Origin: Spirulina sp.
GTDB taxonomy: Bacteria; Cyanobacteriota; Cyanobacteriia; Phormidesmidales; Phormidesmidaceae
Assembly: GCA_044070495.1 (NCBI GenBank)
Contig: JBIPSI010000018.1
Span: forward strand, 1 to 64,000
Length of the DNA: 64,000 bases
Direction: 5' to 3'
A program made the translations under genes and the position numbers. Every line of letters starts with the position of its first letter. Position 1 is the first letter of the stretch. The notes under the pieces are model-generated. The model saw nothing but the letters and a program-made list of their open reading frames with translations. It was not told the DNA's origin and did not search any database. Of this stretch, positions 36,700-45,178 are shown in pieces.

Positions 36700-36924
36700 T
36701 TAAGCCTTGGGGTTGGTGCTGCCAATGCCCAAAAGGCCAATTAGGGTGAGGGTGCCCATTTGCCAAGTGTCCATGGCCCCCTCTAGGATGCGACTTTGGG
36801 CCTCGGTGGGGTGGGGTTGGTTGGCTAAATGCAGCGCCGTACCGCCAGAGCCGAGGGTGAGCAGTAGCACGGTGGCAAAAATGAGGTTGAAGGTGGGAGG
36901 CTTTGGGGCTTTTGAGGTTTGCAT
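36700..36924 (-). CDS. Small two-TM hypothetical protein divergent from HTH-NACHT
   Basis: 74 aa with two hydrophobic segments (FNLIFATVLLLTLGSGG; WQMGTLTLIGLLG). Confidence 0.7.
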   Translation of the reverse strand: MQTSKAPKPPTFNLIFATVLLLTLGSGGTALHLANQPHPTEAQSRILEGAMDTWQMGTLTLIGLLGIGSTNPKA

Positions 36925-36955
36925 AGTCAGTTGGTTCTAGAGGATGGACAGGAGA

Positions 36956-37089
36956 GCATGATTCAGGTTGACTTTGCCTAACTTTGATCGACTTCAAGCA
37001 ACAAGCTAGCCTTACATTCCCTTTAAAGTCAAGCTTTTGGCTCATTTTGCATGACTTAGGTTTACTTTGTCTGACTTTGCTCGTATAAT
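36956..37089 (+). promoter_or_regulatory. Sigma70 promoter overlapped by 35-bp direct repeats with 10-bp-period ACTTTG motifs
   Basis: TTTACT (37061)-17 nt-TATAAT (37084); repeats 36956-36990 and 37049-37083 are 29/35 identical. Confidence 0.7.
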
Positions 37090-37112
37090 GACGCAAACAG
37101 GCATTATTAAAC

Positions 37113-39323
37113 ATGGCTAAGAGATCACTATCCCTGTCTTCCGGGTTTACTAAGGCTGTTAGAGGCGCTCTTGCGGCACAAGGGTTGACGCAAGAAGAGT
37201 TAGCCAACATGGCGGGAGTTTCTAGGGCTTCTGTTGTGAAGTTTTTAGCTGGTCACGCTGTAGACCGCTCCATTTTCGTACGCTGCTGTTCTGCATTGGG
37301 AATAGACTGGGAGGAAGCAAGTGCAGAAGAAGCATTGCCCATGCCAAGCCTTGTAAATGTAGGCTTAGTGCAGTCTATCCGGGCAAACGTTTATTCAGAT
37401 ATCAAAGCTCGGTGCGGCACGATGCGGGTGTTGGATATGGAGCAACCCATTGGTCTGGGGGATATCTATACCAGCGTCAACATTTTGGAGAAAATCTCTG
37501 GGCGGCGGCGATTGGGTCTAGAAGATCTGCGGCAAGACTACGACCCCGAAAATTTTGACCGTTTTTTGCTGAGCCAAGTGCGCCATAAACGGATTCCTGG
37601 GCTGCAAGCAGTGGAAGAACACCGCCAACTGATGATTTTGGGTAAGCCGGGGGCAGGCAAAACCACCTTTATGAAGCGGCTGGCGATTTTGTGCAACGAG
37701 GGAGAATTTCAGCCCCAGCGGGTGCCTGTGTTTGTAACGCTGAAGGAATACGCCGAGGCCGAAGGCAGACCCAAACTGCAAACTTTTATCCAAAACCAGT
37801 GGAAAGCCTGCGGGGTGAAGGAATCCGATACCCTTGAGGCGATTTTTAAAGCTGGCCATGCCCTGGTGTTGCTGGATGGGTTGGATGAGGTGCAGGAAAA
37901 TGACCATGCTCGAGTGCTGCAAGACATCAAAACCTTTACCCAGCAGTTCCGAGATTGCCAGTGTGTGATGACCTGTCGCATTGCCGCACGGGAATACATT
38001 TTTGAAACCTTTACTGAAGTAGAAGTCGCCGACTTTAACCAAGATCAAATCGCTGAATTTGCGACGAAATGGTTTACGGCCAAGCAAGATACTAAGAAGG
38101 CAGAAACCTTTATTCAACGATTGGAAGCTAATGAACCTATTCAAGAACTGGCGACTAACCCGCTACTTTTAACCCTGTTATGTTTGGTTTTTGGTGAAGC
38201 AGCAGATTTCCCAGCTAATCGGGCCGAACTGTATAAAGAAGGTCTGGATGTGCTACTGAAAAAGTGGGATGGCAAACGTAACATCGAGCGTGATCAGATT
38301 TACAAAAAGCTGTCTCTGAAGCGTAAAGAAGACCTGCTGAGCCAGCTTGCCTTTGAAACCTTTGAACGGGGAAATTACTTCTTCAAACAAGCCGTCGTAG
38401 AGCAGCACATCATTCGCTATATCCGTAATTTGCCGGGTGCCAGTGAGGATGAAGAAGCCCTGCAACTGGACAGTGAAGCGATTTTGAAAGCTATTGAAGC
38501 CCAGCATAGCCTATTAGTAGAACGAGCCAGAGGGATCTACTCATTTTCGCACATTGTTTTTCAGGAATTCTTTACTGCTCAGCACATCGTTAGCCCCACA
38601 AAGACACTCAACCAAGCCCTAAAAAATCTAGCTACCCACATTACAGAAAGGCGCTATCGGGAAATCTTTTTTCTTACGGCAGGAATGTTGCCCGAAGCCG
38701 ATACTCTGCTCCTGCTAATGAAGCAGCAAATTGATCAAATAATGCGAGATGATCCGACCAAAGATCCCAATCTACAGGACGTTTTAAGCTGGACACAGCA
38801 AAAGACTCTCTCAGCAAAAACACCCTATAAACCCGCTGCAATCCGTGCCTTTTATTACGCTCTTGACCTCGGCCTCGACGTTGACCTGGCTCTTGATCTC
38901 GACCTTACTCTTGATCTCGACTTCGACCGTGCTGAGCAAGCCGCCGCCAGCAATCCCGAATTAAAGCTTAAAATTCAGGCGTTAAGAGTCGAATTGCCCA
39001 GTAGAGATGACCGAGAAGCCTTTGAGCAGTGGTGGTTAACCAATGGCAAAAACTGGGCCGAACGCCTCCGCACGATGATGATTGAACACCGCGATATTGG
39101 TCACGATTGGCAATTTAGCGGAGCACAACAAGAAAAGCTGCGCCAGTATTACGAAGCCAACAAGCTTTTGGTCGAATGCCTCAACAGCGATTGCTACGTT
39201 ACCAAAGCCACCCGGCAATACATCGAAGACACCCTACTGCTGCCCCTCAGCGAAATTGAAAAATACCCCTTCCCCGATGCCCTAGCGAATTTGTACCCAA
39301 CTCAATCGGAGATTGACCAATGA
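37113..39323 (+). CDS. NACHT NTPase with N-terminal XRE-type HTH and NCH2-like C-terminus
   Basis: GLTQEELANMAGVSRASVVKF HTH; GKPGAGKTT, LLDGLDEV, NPLLL, HRDIGHDWQFS; paralog of 27148-29355. Confidence 0.9.
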   Translation: MAKRSLSLSSGFTKAVRGALAAQGLTQEELANMAGVSRASVVKFLAGHAVDRSIFVRCCSALGIDWEEASAEEALPMPSLVNVGLVQSIRANVYSDIKARCGTMRVLDMEQPIGLGDIYTSVNILEKISGRRRLGLEDLRQDYDPENFDRFLLSQVRHKRIPGLQAVEEHRQLMILGKPGAGKTTFMKRLAILCNEGEFQPQRVPVFVTLKEYAEAEGRPKLQTFIQNQWKACGVKESDTLEAIFKAGHALVLLDGLDEVQENDHARVLQDIKTFTQQFRDCQCVMTCRIAAREYIFETFTEVEVADFNQDQIAEFATKWFTAKQDTKKAETFIQRLEANEPIQELATNPLLLTLLCLVFGEAADFPANRAELYKEGLDVLLKKWDGKRNIERDQIYKKLSLKRKEDLLSQLAFETFERGNYFFKQAVVEQHIIRYIRNLPGASEDEEALQLDSEAILKAIEAQHSLLVERARGIYSFSHIVFQEFFTAQHIVSPTKTLNQALKNLATHITERRYREIFFLTAGMLPEADTLLLLMKQQIDQIMRDDPTKDPNLQDVLSWTQQKTLSAKTPYKPAAIRAFYYALDLGLDVDLALDLDLTLDLDFDRAEQAAASNPELKLKIQALRVELPSRDDREAFEQWWLTNGKNWAERLRTMMIEHRDIGHDWQFSGAQQEKLRQYYEANKLLVECLNSDCYVTKATRQYIEDTLLLPLSEIEKYPFPDALANLYPTQSEIDQ
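39256..39295 (+). repeat. 40-bp repeat R4 (in NACHT2 3' end)
   Basis: TTGAAAAATACCCCTTCCCCGATGCCCTAGCGAATTTGTA. Confidence 0.9.
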
Positions 39324-39523
39324 CTACATTTTTAGAAAAAGCCTTCCAAGCTGCCCAACAACTCCCCATCAACCTGCAAGACGAACTCGCCCAACAGTTG
39401 TTAGAGGATATCAACGACATCCTAGTTTCTCGCTCACGGGAAGCCGAAGAAACCGTAAGCTGGGACGATCTAGAAACGCCTGAATCCGCCCAATTGAAAA
39501 ATACCCCATCCCCGATGCCATAG
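39320..39523 (+). CDS. Small antitoxin-like protein translationally coupled to NACHT2
   Basis: ATGA overlap; LEKAFQAAQQLP..QDELAQQLLEDI...EETVSWDDL; stop supplied by repeat R5. Confidence 0.5.
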   Translation: MTTFLEKAFQAAQQLPINLQDELAQQLLEDINDILVSRSREAEETVSWDDLETPESAQLKNTPSPMP

Positions 39524-39533
39524 CGAACCCGTA
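39494..39533 (+). repeat. 40-bp repeat R5
   Basis: TTGAAAAATACCCCATCCCCGATGCCATAGCGAACCCGTA. Confidence 0.9.
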
Positions 39534-39684
39534 GGGTGCATTCGCGGCTTAAATCATTTTGGCTAATGTTGGACAATCCCCTGGCCGCAATGCACCGCTT
39601 ACCCATCGCGGACTTCTCTGTGTATGGGCTTTGGTGCATTGCTTCGCGTTGGCGCTAGCCTCGCCTTGGCGTTATGCACCCTAC
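39531..39684. repeat. REP-type element GTAGGGTGCA...TGCACCCTAC, copy 2
   Basis: Paralog of 29352-29508, at the same position relative to the 40-bp repeat. Confidence 0.8.
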
Positions 39685-39693
39685 GAATTGGGA

Positions 39694-39774
39694 TTGAGAA
39701 ATATCTCTTTCCCGATGCCATAGCGAATCTGTAACAACAAAAGATCCCAGGGTTCTTGAAGAACCCTGGGATCT
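39694..39774 (+). repeat. 40-bp repeat R6 (39694-39733) plus palindrome T3 (possible gnd terminator)
   Basis: TTGAGAAATATCTCTTTCCCGATGCCATAGCGAATCTGTA then the same 33-bp palindrome as T2. Confidence 0.9.
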
Positions 39775-39801
39775 GATCCTAGTCCTAGCTCCGCACTAGC
39801 C

Positions 39802-41220
39802 TTAGTGGGGCGCTTTCGTCCATTCGGTGTGGAAGGTGCCCTCTTTGTCGGTGCGTTGGTAGGTGTGGGCACCGAAGTAGTCGCGTTGGGCCTGGGTGAG
39901 GTTTTGGGGCAGGCGGTCGCGGCGGTAGCTGTCGAAGTAGTCTAGCGAGGCGCTGAAGGCCGGGACGGGGATGCCCTGGTGGGCGGCGAGGGCGATCACT
40001 TCGCGCCAGGCGGCTTGGCGATCCAGAATGGTTTGCTTAAATTCTGGGGCTAGCAGCAGGTTGGGTAGGCTGGGGTTTTCGTCGTAGGCATGTTTGATTT
40101 TGTTCAAAAATCCGGCCCGAATGATGCAGCCGCCTTTCCAAATCCGGGCGGTTTCGCCTAGGTTAATGCCGTACTCGTAGTGGCTAGAGGCCGCCCCAAT
40201 CAGCGCCATGCCCTGGGCGTAGGAGCAAATTTTGGAGCAGTAGAGGGCATCGCGGATTTTGTTCACCATGTCCTTCACGTCGCCGCTGAAGGAAGCGCTG
40301 GGGCCAGCCAGTTCCTTGGAGGCCGCCACCCGTTCGTCCTTGATGGAGGACATAATCCGGGCGTTTACCGCTGCGGTAATGGTGGGAATGCCGACGCCCA
40401 ATTCCAGGGCGCTCATTACCGTCCAGCGTCCGGTGCCCTTTTGGCCAGCGGCATCGAGGATCAGTTCCACCAGGGGTTTGCCCGTGTCGGGGTCGAGGTT
40501 GGTGAAGATGTCCGTGGTGATTTCAATCAGGTAGGAATCCAGTTCTTCGGTGGTGTTCCAGTTGGCGAAGACTTCGTAGAGCTGGTTGTGATCGAGGCCC
40601 AGGACGCTCTTCATCAGGTCGTAGGCTTCAGCGATGAGCTGCATATCGCCGTACTCGATACCGTTGTGCACCATTTTGACGTAGTGTCCAGCGCCACGGG
40701 GGCCAATGTAGGTGACGCAGGGGCCATCATCCACCTGGGCGGCAATTTTCTGCACAATCGGCTCGATGGAATCGTAGGCGGCGCGGGTGCCACCGGGCAT
40801 CAGGCTGGGGCCATTCAGGGCACCTTCCTCGCCACCGCTGACGCCCATGCCAATGAACCGCAGGCCCGTGGATTCCAGATCCTTGGTGCGCCGCTCGGTG
40901 TCGTCGTAGAGGGAGTTGCCGCCGTCGATGATCATGTCGCCATCCTGAAGCAGGGGCCGCAGTTGATTGATCACCGCATCCACCGCGCCGCCCGCCTTCA
41001 CCATCAGCAAAATGCGGCGAGGGCGTTCTAAGGATTCAACAAATTCTTCCAAACTGTAGGTGGGCTTTACGTTTTTGCCCTGGGCGCGGCGCTCCATAAA
41101 GCTTTGAGTCACCTGGGCGGTGCGGTTATATACGGATACAGGGAAGCCGTTGCGCTCAACATTGAGGGCCAAATTTTCGCCCATCACGGCGAGGCCGATT
41201 ACACCAAAACTCTGTGCCAT
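39802..41220 (-). CDS. gnd: 6-phosphogluconate dehydrogenase (decarboxylating)
   Basis: GLAVMGENLALN, IDGGNS, GVSGGEEGA, VKMVHNGIEYGDMQ, QAQRDYFGAHTY. Confidence 0.98.
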   Translation of the reverse strand: MAQSFGVIGLAVMGENLALNVERNGFPVSVYNRTAQVTQSFMERRAQGKNVKPTYSLEEFVESLERPRRILLMVKAGGAVDAVINQLRPLLQDGDMIIDGGNSLYDDTERRTKDLESTGLRFIGMGVSGGEEGALNGPSLMPGGTRAAYDSIEPIVQKIAAQVDDGPCVTYIGPRGAGHYVKMVHNGIEYGDMQLIAEAYDLMKSVLGLDHNQLYEVFANWNTTEELDSYLIEITTDIFTNLDPDTGKPLVELILDAAGQKGTGRWTVMSALELGVGIPTITAAVNARIMSSIKDERVAASKELAGPSASFSGDVKDMVNKIRDALYCSKICSYAQGMALIGAASSHYEYGINLGETARIWKGGCIIRAGFLNKIKHAYDENPSLPNLLLAPEFKQTILDRQAAWREVIALAAHQGIPVPAFSASLDYFDSYRRDRLPQNLTQAQRDYFGAHTYQRTDKEGTFHTEWTKAPH

Positions 41221-41564
41221 AGAACTCTCTTGGTAACTGTTCGCTTGGGGGGGATGGATACGGTTTGCGTAGGGTTGCCGTTCACGGTTGTCTTGCCCAA
41301 AAGTTTGGGTGATGACGCTCGGTTTGGGCGGACGAGGAGACCTCGCCCCTACGGTTTACTGGGTTGGGAATCGGGTATCTGGGATTTGGATTGAGATCGG
41401 GGTAGATCTTAGACGGTACGCCTTGGAGATGAGGGCAAGGTTAAGCCACGCCTCCCCAAGGAAAACTGTCAACAGCGTAAACAACCTTTGGGAAAATCAG
41501 CCTCTCCCAAAGGTTTTCTTTAGGCCAGCCCCCCTTAAGCCAAGAAGCCCTGACACAGAGGGTG

Positions 41565-42731
41565 TTAATCCCGCAGCCGTTCGTAGCGCCAGGTGGCGGG
41601 GGGCAGGCGGCGGGCCTCGGCGGGGGCATCAGCGGGAGGATCGAGCTGAAACACCAGGGTTTCACGGTTGCAGGTGTAGCGCACCACGCCATCGGTGAGG
41701 GCGGGCTGCACGGCATCGGTGGGGTTCACAAAGCGACGACTTACCCCTTCGCCGCGCAGATAGCCCTCCTGGGTGACGATCACGTCTTGGGTCATGTCGC
41801 TGGGGTCGAAGGTTGTCCACACCAGCTTGTCGCCGCCCCGCTGGTAGTAGGCCACCGTTCCGGCCCCACTGCCGTTGGTGACCGTGGCGATGGAGATATC
41901 TAACCAGTCGGCATCGGCCCCGTAGACCGTTCCCCCGGTGGTGACGGTGAAGGCGTTATTCTCCACCCACAGGCTGCCATCGGGTTCAAAGGTGAGGAAC
42001 TGACTGCCGCGAATCACTGGATCCGCCAGTTCCGCCGCCGCCTCATCGGTGGAAGACAGTTGGCGAGAAGCTTCCTCCAGAAACCCCGGCGGCATCGTCA
42101 TGGAAGCTAAGAACCAACTGCCCACCACGCAGCGATCTGCACTCACCCGCTGTGCCCCCGCCAGTAGCGACAGATCGGACTCCGGGGATTCAACCGCCGC
42201 CGCCCCGTCACCCTCAAAGTACAACCCTCGGCTAATCAGGTTAGCCAAACTGGAGACCGCACTTTCGCCGCACACGCCCACCTCGGCACTGGTGATTCCG
42301 GTCACATTGATCACCAGATCGCCCTGGAGAAAGCTGAGGGTACGAGCTTGTTCCGCGCCATCTCGGTCGTACTGCACAATCATCACACCACCATCGCCCT
42401 GGGCACTGGGAATCGCCACCTTGCGCCGCCCGTCTGCATCGGCCTCTCGCTGATCCAAAAAGGCCTGGGCCGCCGCCTCTCCCCCCAACTGCGCCACCGG
42501 GAACGCCTGCACTATCAGCCCCGGCTCGCTGAGGCCACTAAAAAACACCGCCCCCATGCCGCCATTGGTTTCGTTAATCACCAAATCGTCTAGGGGAGCC
42601 CGCCGCCCGGTACGGCACAGGCTCGAAAGGGTCTCCGAGGGAATCGTCACATCCCGCAACTGGGCCTGGGCCGGATGGGCAAACCCCAGCCCCAGCAACA
42701 ATCCGCCAAGCGCCAAAAAACGGTTATCCAT
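41565..42731 (-). CDS. Hypothetical secreted protein
   Basis: Signal peptide ending AQA; 388-aa ORF; no recognised domain. Confidence 0.65.
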   Translation of the reverse strand: MDNRFLALGGLLLGLGFAHPAQAQLRDVTIPSETLSSLCRTGRRAPLDDLVINETNGGMGAVFFSGLSEPGLIVQAFPVAQLGGEAAAQAFLDQREADADGRRKVAIPSAQGDGGVMIVQYDRDGAEQARTLSFLQGDLVINVTGITSAEVGVCGESAVSSLANLISRGLYFEGDGAAAVESPESDLSLLAGAQRVSADRCVVGSWFLASMTMPPGFLEEASRQLSSTDEAAAELADPVIRGSQFLTFEPDGSLWVENNAFTVTTGGTVYGADADWLDISIATVTNGSGAGTVAYYQRGGDKLVWTTFDPSDMTQDVIVTQEGYLRGEGVSRRFVNPTDAVQPALTDGVVRYTCNRETLVFQLDPPADAPAEARRLPPATWRYERLRD

Positions 42732-42890
42732 AGTCGCTCCTACCCCAGGTCAACTAGGGTCATAGACTGCGGCTTATGACTACAGGTTGCCGCCCGCCTG
42801 TTCCGGGAGAATGACCGAATCCCGAATCGCAACGCAGGACATCTCTAGGGTGACGAAAAATCGCTGATCTCCGCTGGTTGATGGCACGGG

Positions 42891-43676
42891 CTAGGCCAAA
42901 ATCGGGCTTTTTTGAGGTAAAAATCCAGTTTGAGCGAGAATTTGGCTGAGATTCACCCCTTGCTCTAGGAGGCTGGCGTGGCCGCTGTGGGGCAGGGGAT
43001 AAATTTGGGTTTGGGGCAGCAGGGCGGCGAGGCGTTGGGCTTCCTCCAGGGAGGGCAGCAACCGATCCGCTAGGGACGCCACCAGCAAGGTCGGCTGTGT
43101 CCAGGCGGATAGATCGAGGGCGTCGGGGCGAAACTGGGTGAGTAGGTTCATGCGCCAAGCCACGGTGGTTTGGGGTACGGCCTGCACCGCCTGAAGCAAT
43201 TGCTCTCGCTGGGTGGGGGCAATGCGGCTGAGATTGGCCAACATGGGCAAGCTGCCTAGGGTGGAAACGGGAAAGACCGTGGACGGCACCCAGGGGGTGA
43301 TTTGCCCCAGCCAGGATAGCCAGGGCAATCGGTGGAAGGCCGAGGCAGGGTTGACTAGAATCAAGCGATCCGCCAAGTCCGCCGCCTGGGCCACGATCTG
43401 AAGCGCCAAACAAGCCCCAAAGGACTCGCCACAGAGATATACCGAACGTCCGGCAGAGACCGTTGTAATTAGGGGAATGATCTGTTCGGCCAAGGATTCC
43501 CAAGTACTGCGGTCATCCTGGGGCAGGGCCAAGCAGCGCACCTCAAAATGGGGATGCAGGGCGGGAATTTGGGTGGAAAACAGTGTTCCTGACCCATCCA
43601 TGCCGGGAAGGTACACCAACAGCGGCTTCTGGGGCTGGGGTTCGGTGGGGGTGAAGAGGTTTAGGGCGGCGGGCAT
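42891..43676 (-). CDS. Alpha/beta hydrolase (resembles ELT/PES hydrolase domain)
   Basis: PLLVYLPGMDGSG, GESFG nucleophile elbow, DRLLPS, SGHASLLE. Confidence 0.85.
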   Translation of the reverse strand: MPAALNLFTPTEPQPQKPLLVYLPGMDGSGTLFSTQIPALHPHFEVRCLALPQDDRSTWESLAEQIIPLITTVSAGRSVYLCGESFGACLALQIVAQAADLADRLILVNPASAFHRLPWLSWLGQITPWVPSTVFPVSTLGSLPMLANLSRIAPTQREQLLQAVQAVPQTTVAWRMNLLTQFRPDALDLSAWTQPTLLVASLADRLLPSLEEAQRLAALLPQTQIYPLPHSGHASLLEQGVNLSQILAQTGFLPQKSPILA

Positions 43677-43684
43677 AGGGGTTA

Positions 43685-43756
43685 GGGAATCGGGAATCGG
43701 GAGTTGGGAGTCGGGGTGAGAACGGTAGGTTGGGTGGCGCGAAGCAGAACCCAACA
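43685..43756. repeat. GGGAATC-type heptamer repeats plus single GTAGGTTGGG REP arm
   Basis: GGGAATC GGGAATC GGGAGTT GGGAGTC; GTAGGTTGGGTGGCGCGAAGCAGAACCCAACA. Confidence 0.7.
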
Positions 43757-43777
43757 GGAGGAGACCCCAAGCTGAGG

Positions 43778-44551
43778 TTAGGGGCTAGGAGTCGGGGAGC
43801 TTTTGGTGCTGGACTGGAGGAGAGTTGCGATTTCCTCGTGGCAGCCGTGGGTGATGTCGGCCATGAAGGCATCGTGACCCTTGCGGCGATAGTAGCCACG
43901 CAGGGCGGCATTCACCCGAATGGGGCGGCCAATGCGCAAATCCACCCTGCGATAGACCACGGCGGGATGCAATCCGGGCTGCTGAAACAGGGGTTCGGTG
44001 GCATCAAACCAGCTCAGCCAGCGCAGGGGCATCACGGCATTGTTCCACTCTTGGCGGGAGGCGATGGCCACGGGCACAATGACGAGTTCCTCCACGGGGG
44101 CGCGTAGGGCTAGGTGGGCAAAGCCGCGATGGAAGGGGCCGAGGTGTTGGGGCGTGGTGGATTGCACCATGGGGGCGGCTCCCTCTGGGAAGATGCCCAC
44201 GGATTCTCCCTGGCCTAGGGTATGGAGGGCGCGGCGAAAAAAGGCCCGTTGCCCCCGTCCGGGCGGATCGAGGGGAAGACAGCCTAGGGCTTGCACCACT
44301 TCGCGCAAACCGGGCACTTGGCCCATGTAGTGGTGGCAAGCAAACCGCACCGGACGATTAACGGCCTGCATCAGCAGCAGGGCATCCATAATGCTGCGGT
44401 GATTGCTCACCAGCACCAGGGGCAGGGGCGGAATCCGGTCTTGCCCGGTGACCGTGACCGACACCCCAGACAGGCCCAGCAGCCCGGTGGCCAAGGCCAG
44501 GGGAGACACGGCATTGGGGGAAAAGGAGAGCGGAGACGAGGCGAGAGCCAT
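43778..44551 (-). CDS. PlsC-like lysophospholipid acyltransferase
   Basis: SNHRSIMD (HxxxxD), IFPEG, IVPV. Confidence 0.88.
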   Translation of the reverse strand: MALASSPLSFSPNAVSPLALATGLLGLSGVSVTVTGQDRIPPLPLVLVSNHRSIMDALLLMQAVNRPVRFACHHYMGQVPGLREVVQALGCLPLDPPGRGQRAFFRRALHTLGQGESVGIFPEGAAPMVQSTTPQHLGPFHRGFAHLALRAPVEELVIVPVAIASRQEWNNAVMPLRWLSWFDATEPLFQQPGLHPAVVYRRVDLRIGRPIRVNAALRGYYRRKGHDAFMADITHGCHEEIATLLQSSTKSSPTPSP

Positions 44552-44785
44552 GGCAAGGAGGAGGTAGATCAACACCCTGATCCGCGAGGGGAAGTCGGTG
44601 GGGGCGTTGTTTCATAACGTAACAAAACTTGTCCGTCAGCGGATCGCCGGATTTCCTCCCTCATCCCGACGCTTCCCTTCGGGAGAGCGCGGGGCTTCCC
44701 GCCGATTAGCTAAACGGATAGTTAAGACCTTGGTGCAGGGCGGCCCAGACCCCCTAAGCTAGAGGGGTGCGTGAGAGAATCTGCT

Positions 44786-45178
44786 ATGACGACCCCATCG
44801 GTACCCGTTTCCCAAATTGCCACGGCGGCGGATCTGCTCCGGGCCTACGCCGCTGGTCAGCGTAATTTTGAATACGTCATGCTGGCCGACACCGATCTCA
44901 CCGGGGCCGACCTGAAGGGCTGCGACTTCAGCTATGCCGACTTCAGTGGGGCCAACCTCAGCCAAGCCAACCTGCGGGGGGCCGACCTCAGCTATGCCAA
45001 CCTCAGCGAAACCAACCTCACCGAGGCCGACCTGCGGGGGGCCATGCTAATTGGGACGGATTTACGCACCGCCACCATCACCGCCGCCCAGTTCCACCAG
45101 GCCGACTACGACCCTCAAGAAACCCACTTTCCCCAGGGGTTCGACCCCGTGCAGCAGGGCCTCAAGGCAGACCGCTAG
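44786..45178 (+). CDS. Pentapeptide repeat protein
   Basis: LLRAYAAGQRNF followed by A(D/N)Lxx repeats. Confidence 0.9.
   Translation: MTTPSVPVSQIATAADLLRAYAAGQRNFEYVMLADTDLTGADLKGCDFSYADFSGANLSQANLRGADLSYANLSETNLTEADLRGAMLIGTDLRTATITAAQFHQADYDPQETHFPQGFDPVQQGLKADR

Noticed and set aside
27148..39323. Diversity-generating retroelement (TR/VR) between the NACHT paralogs
   Set aside because: No reverse transcriptase in the window and the differences are not adenine-specific
29315..39733. 40-bp repeats as a CRISPR array
   Set aside because: Spacing ranges from about 160 bp to 7 kb, two copies encode the NACHT C-terminus, and there are no cas genes
39247..39872. Minus-strand ORFs 39247-39639 and 39681-39872
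   Set aside because: They run through REP and 40-bp repeats or overlap gnd; no coding signature
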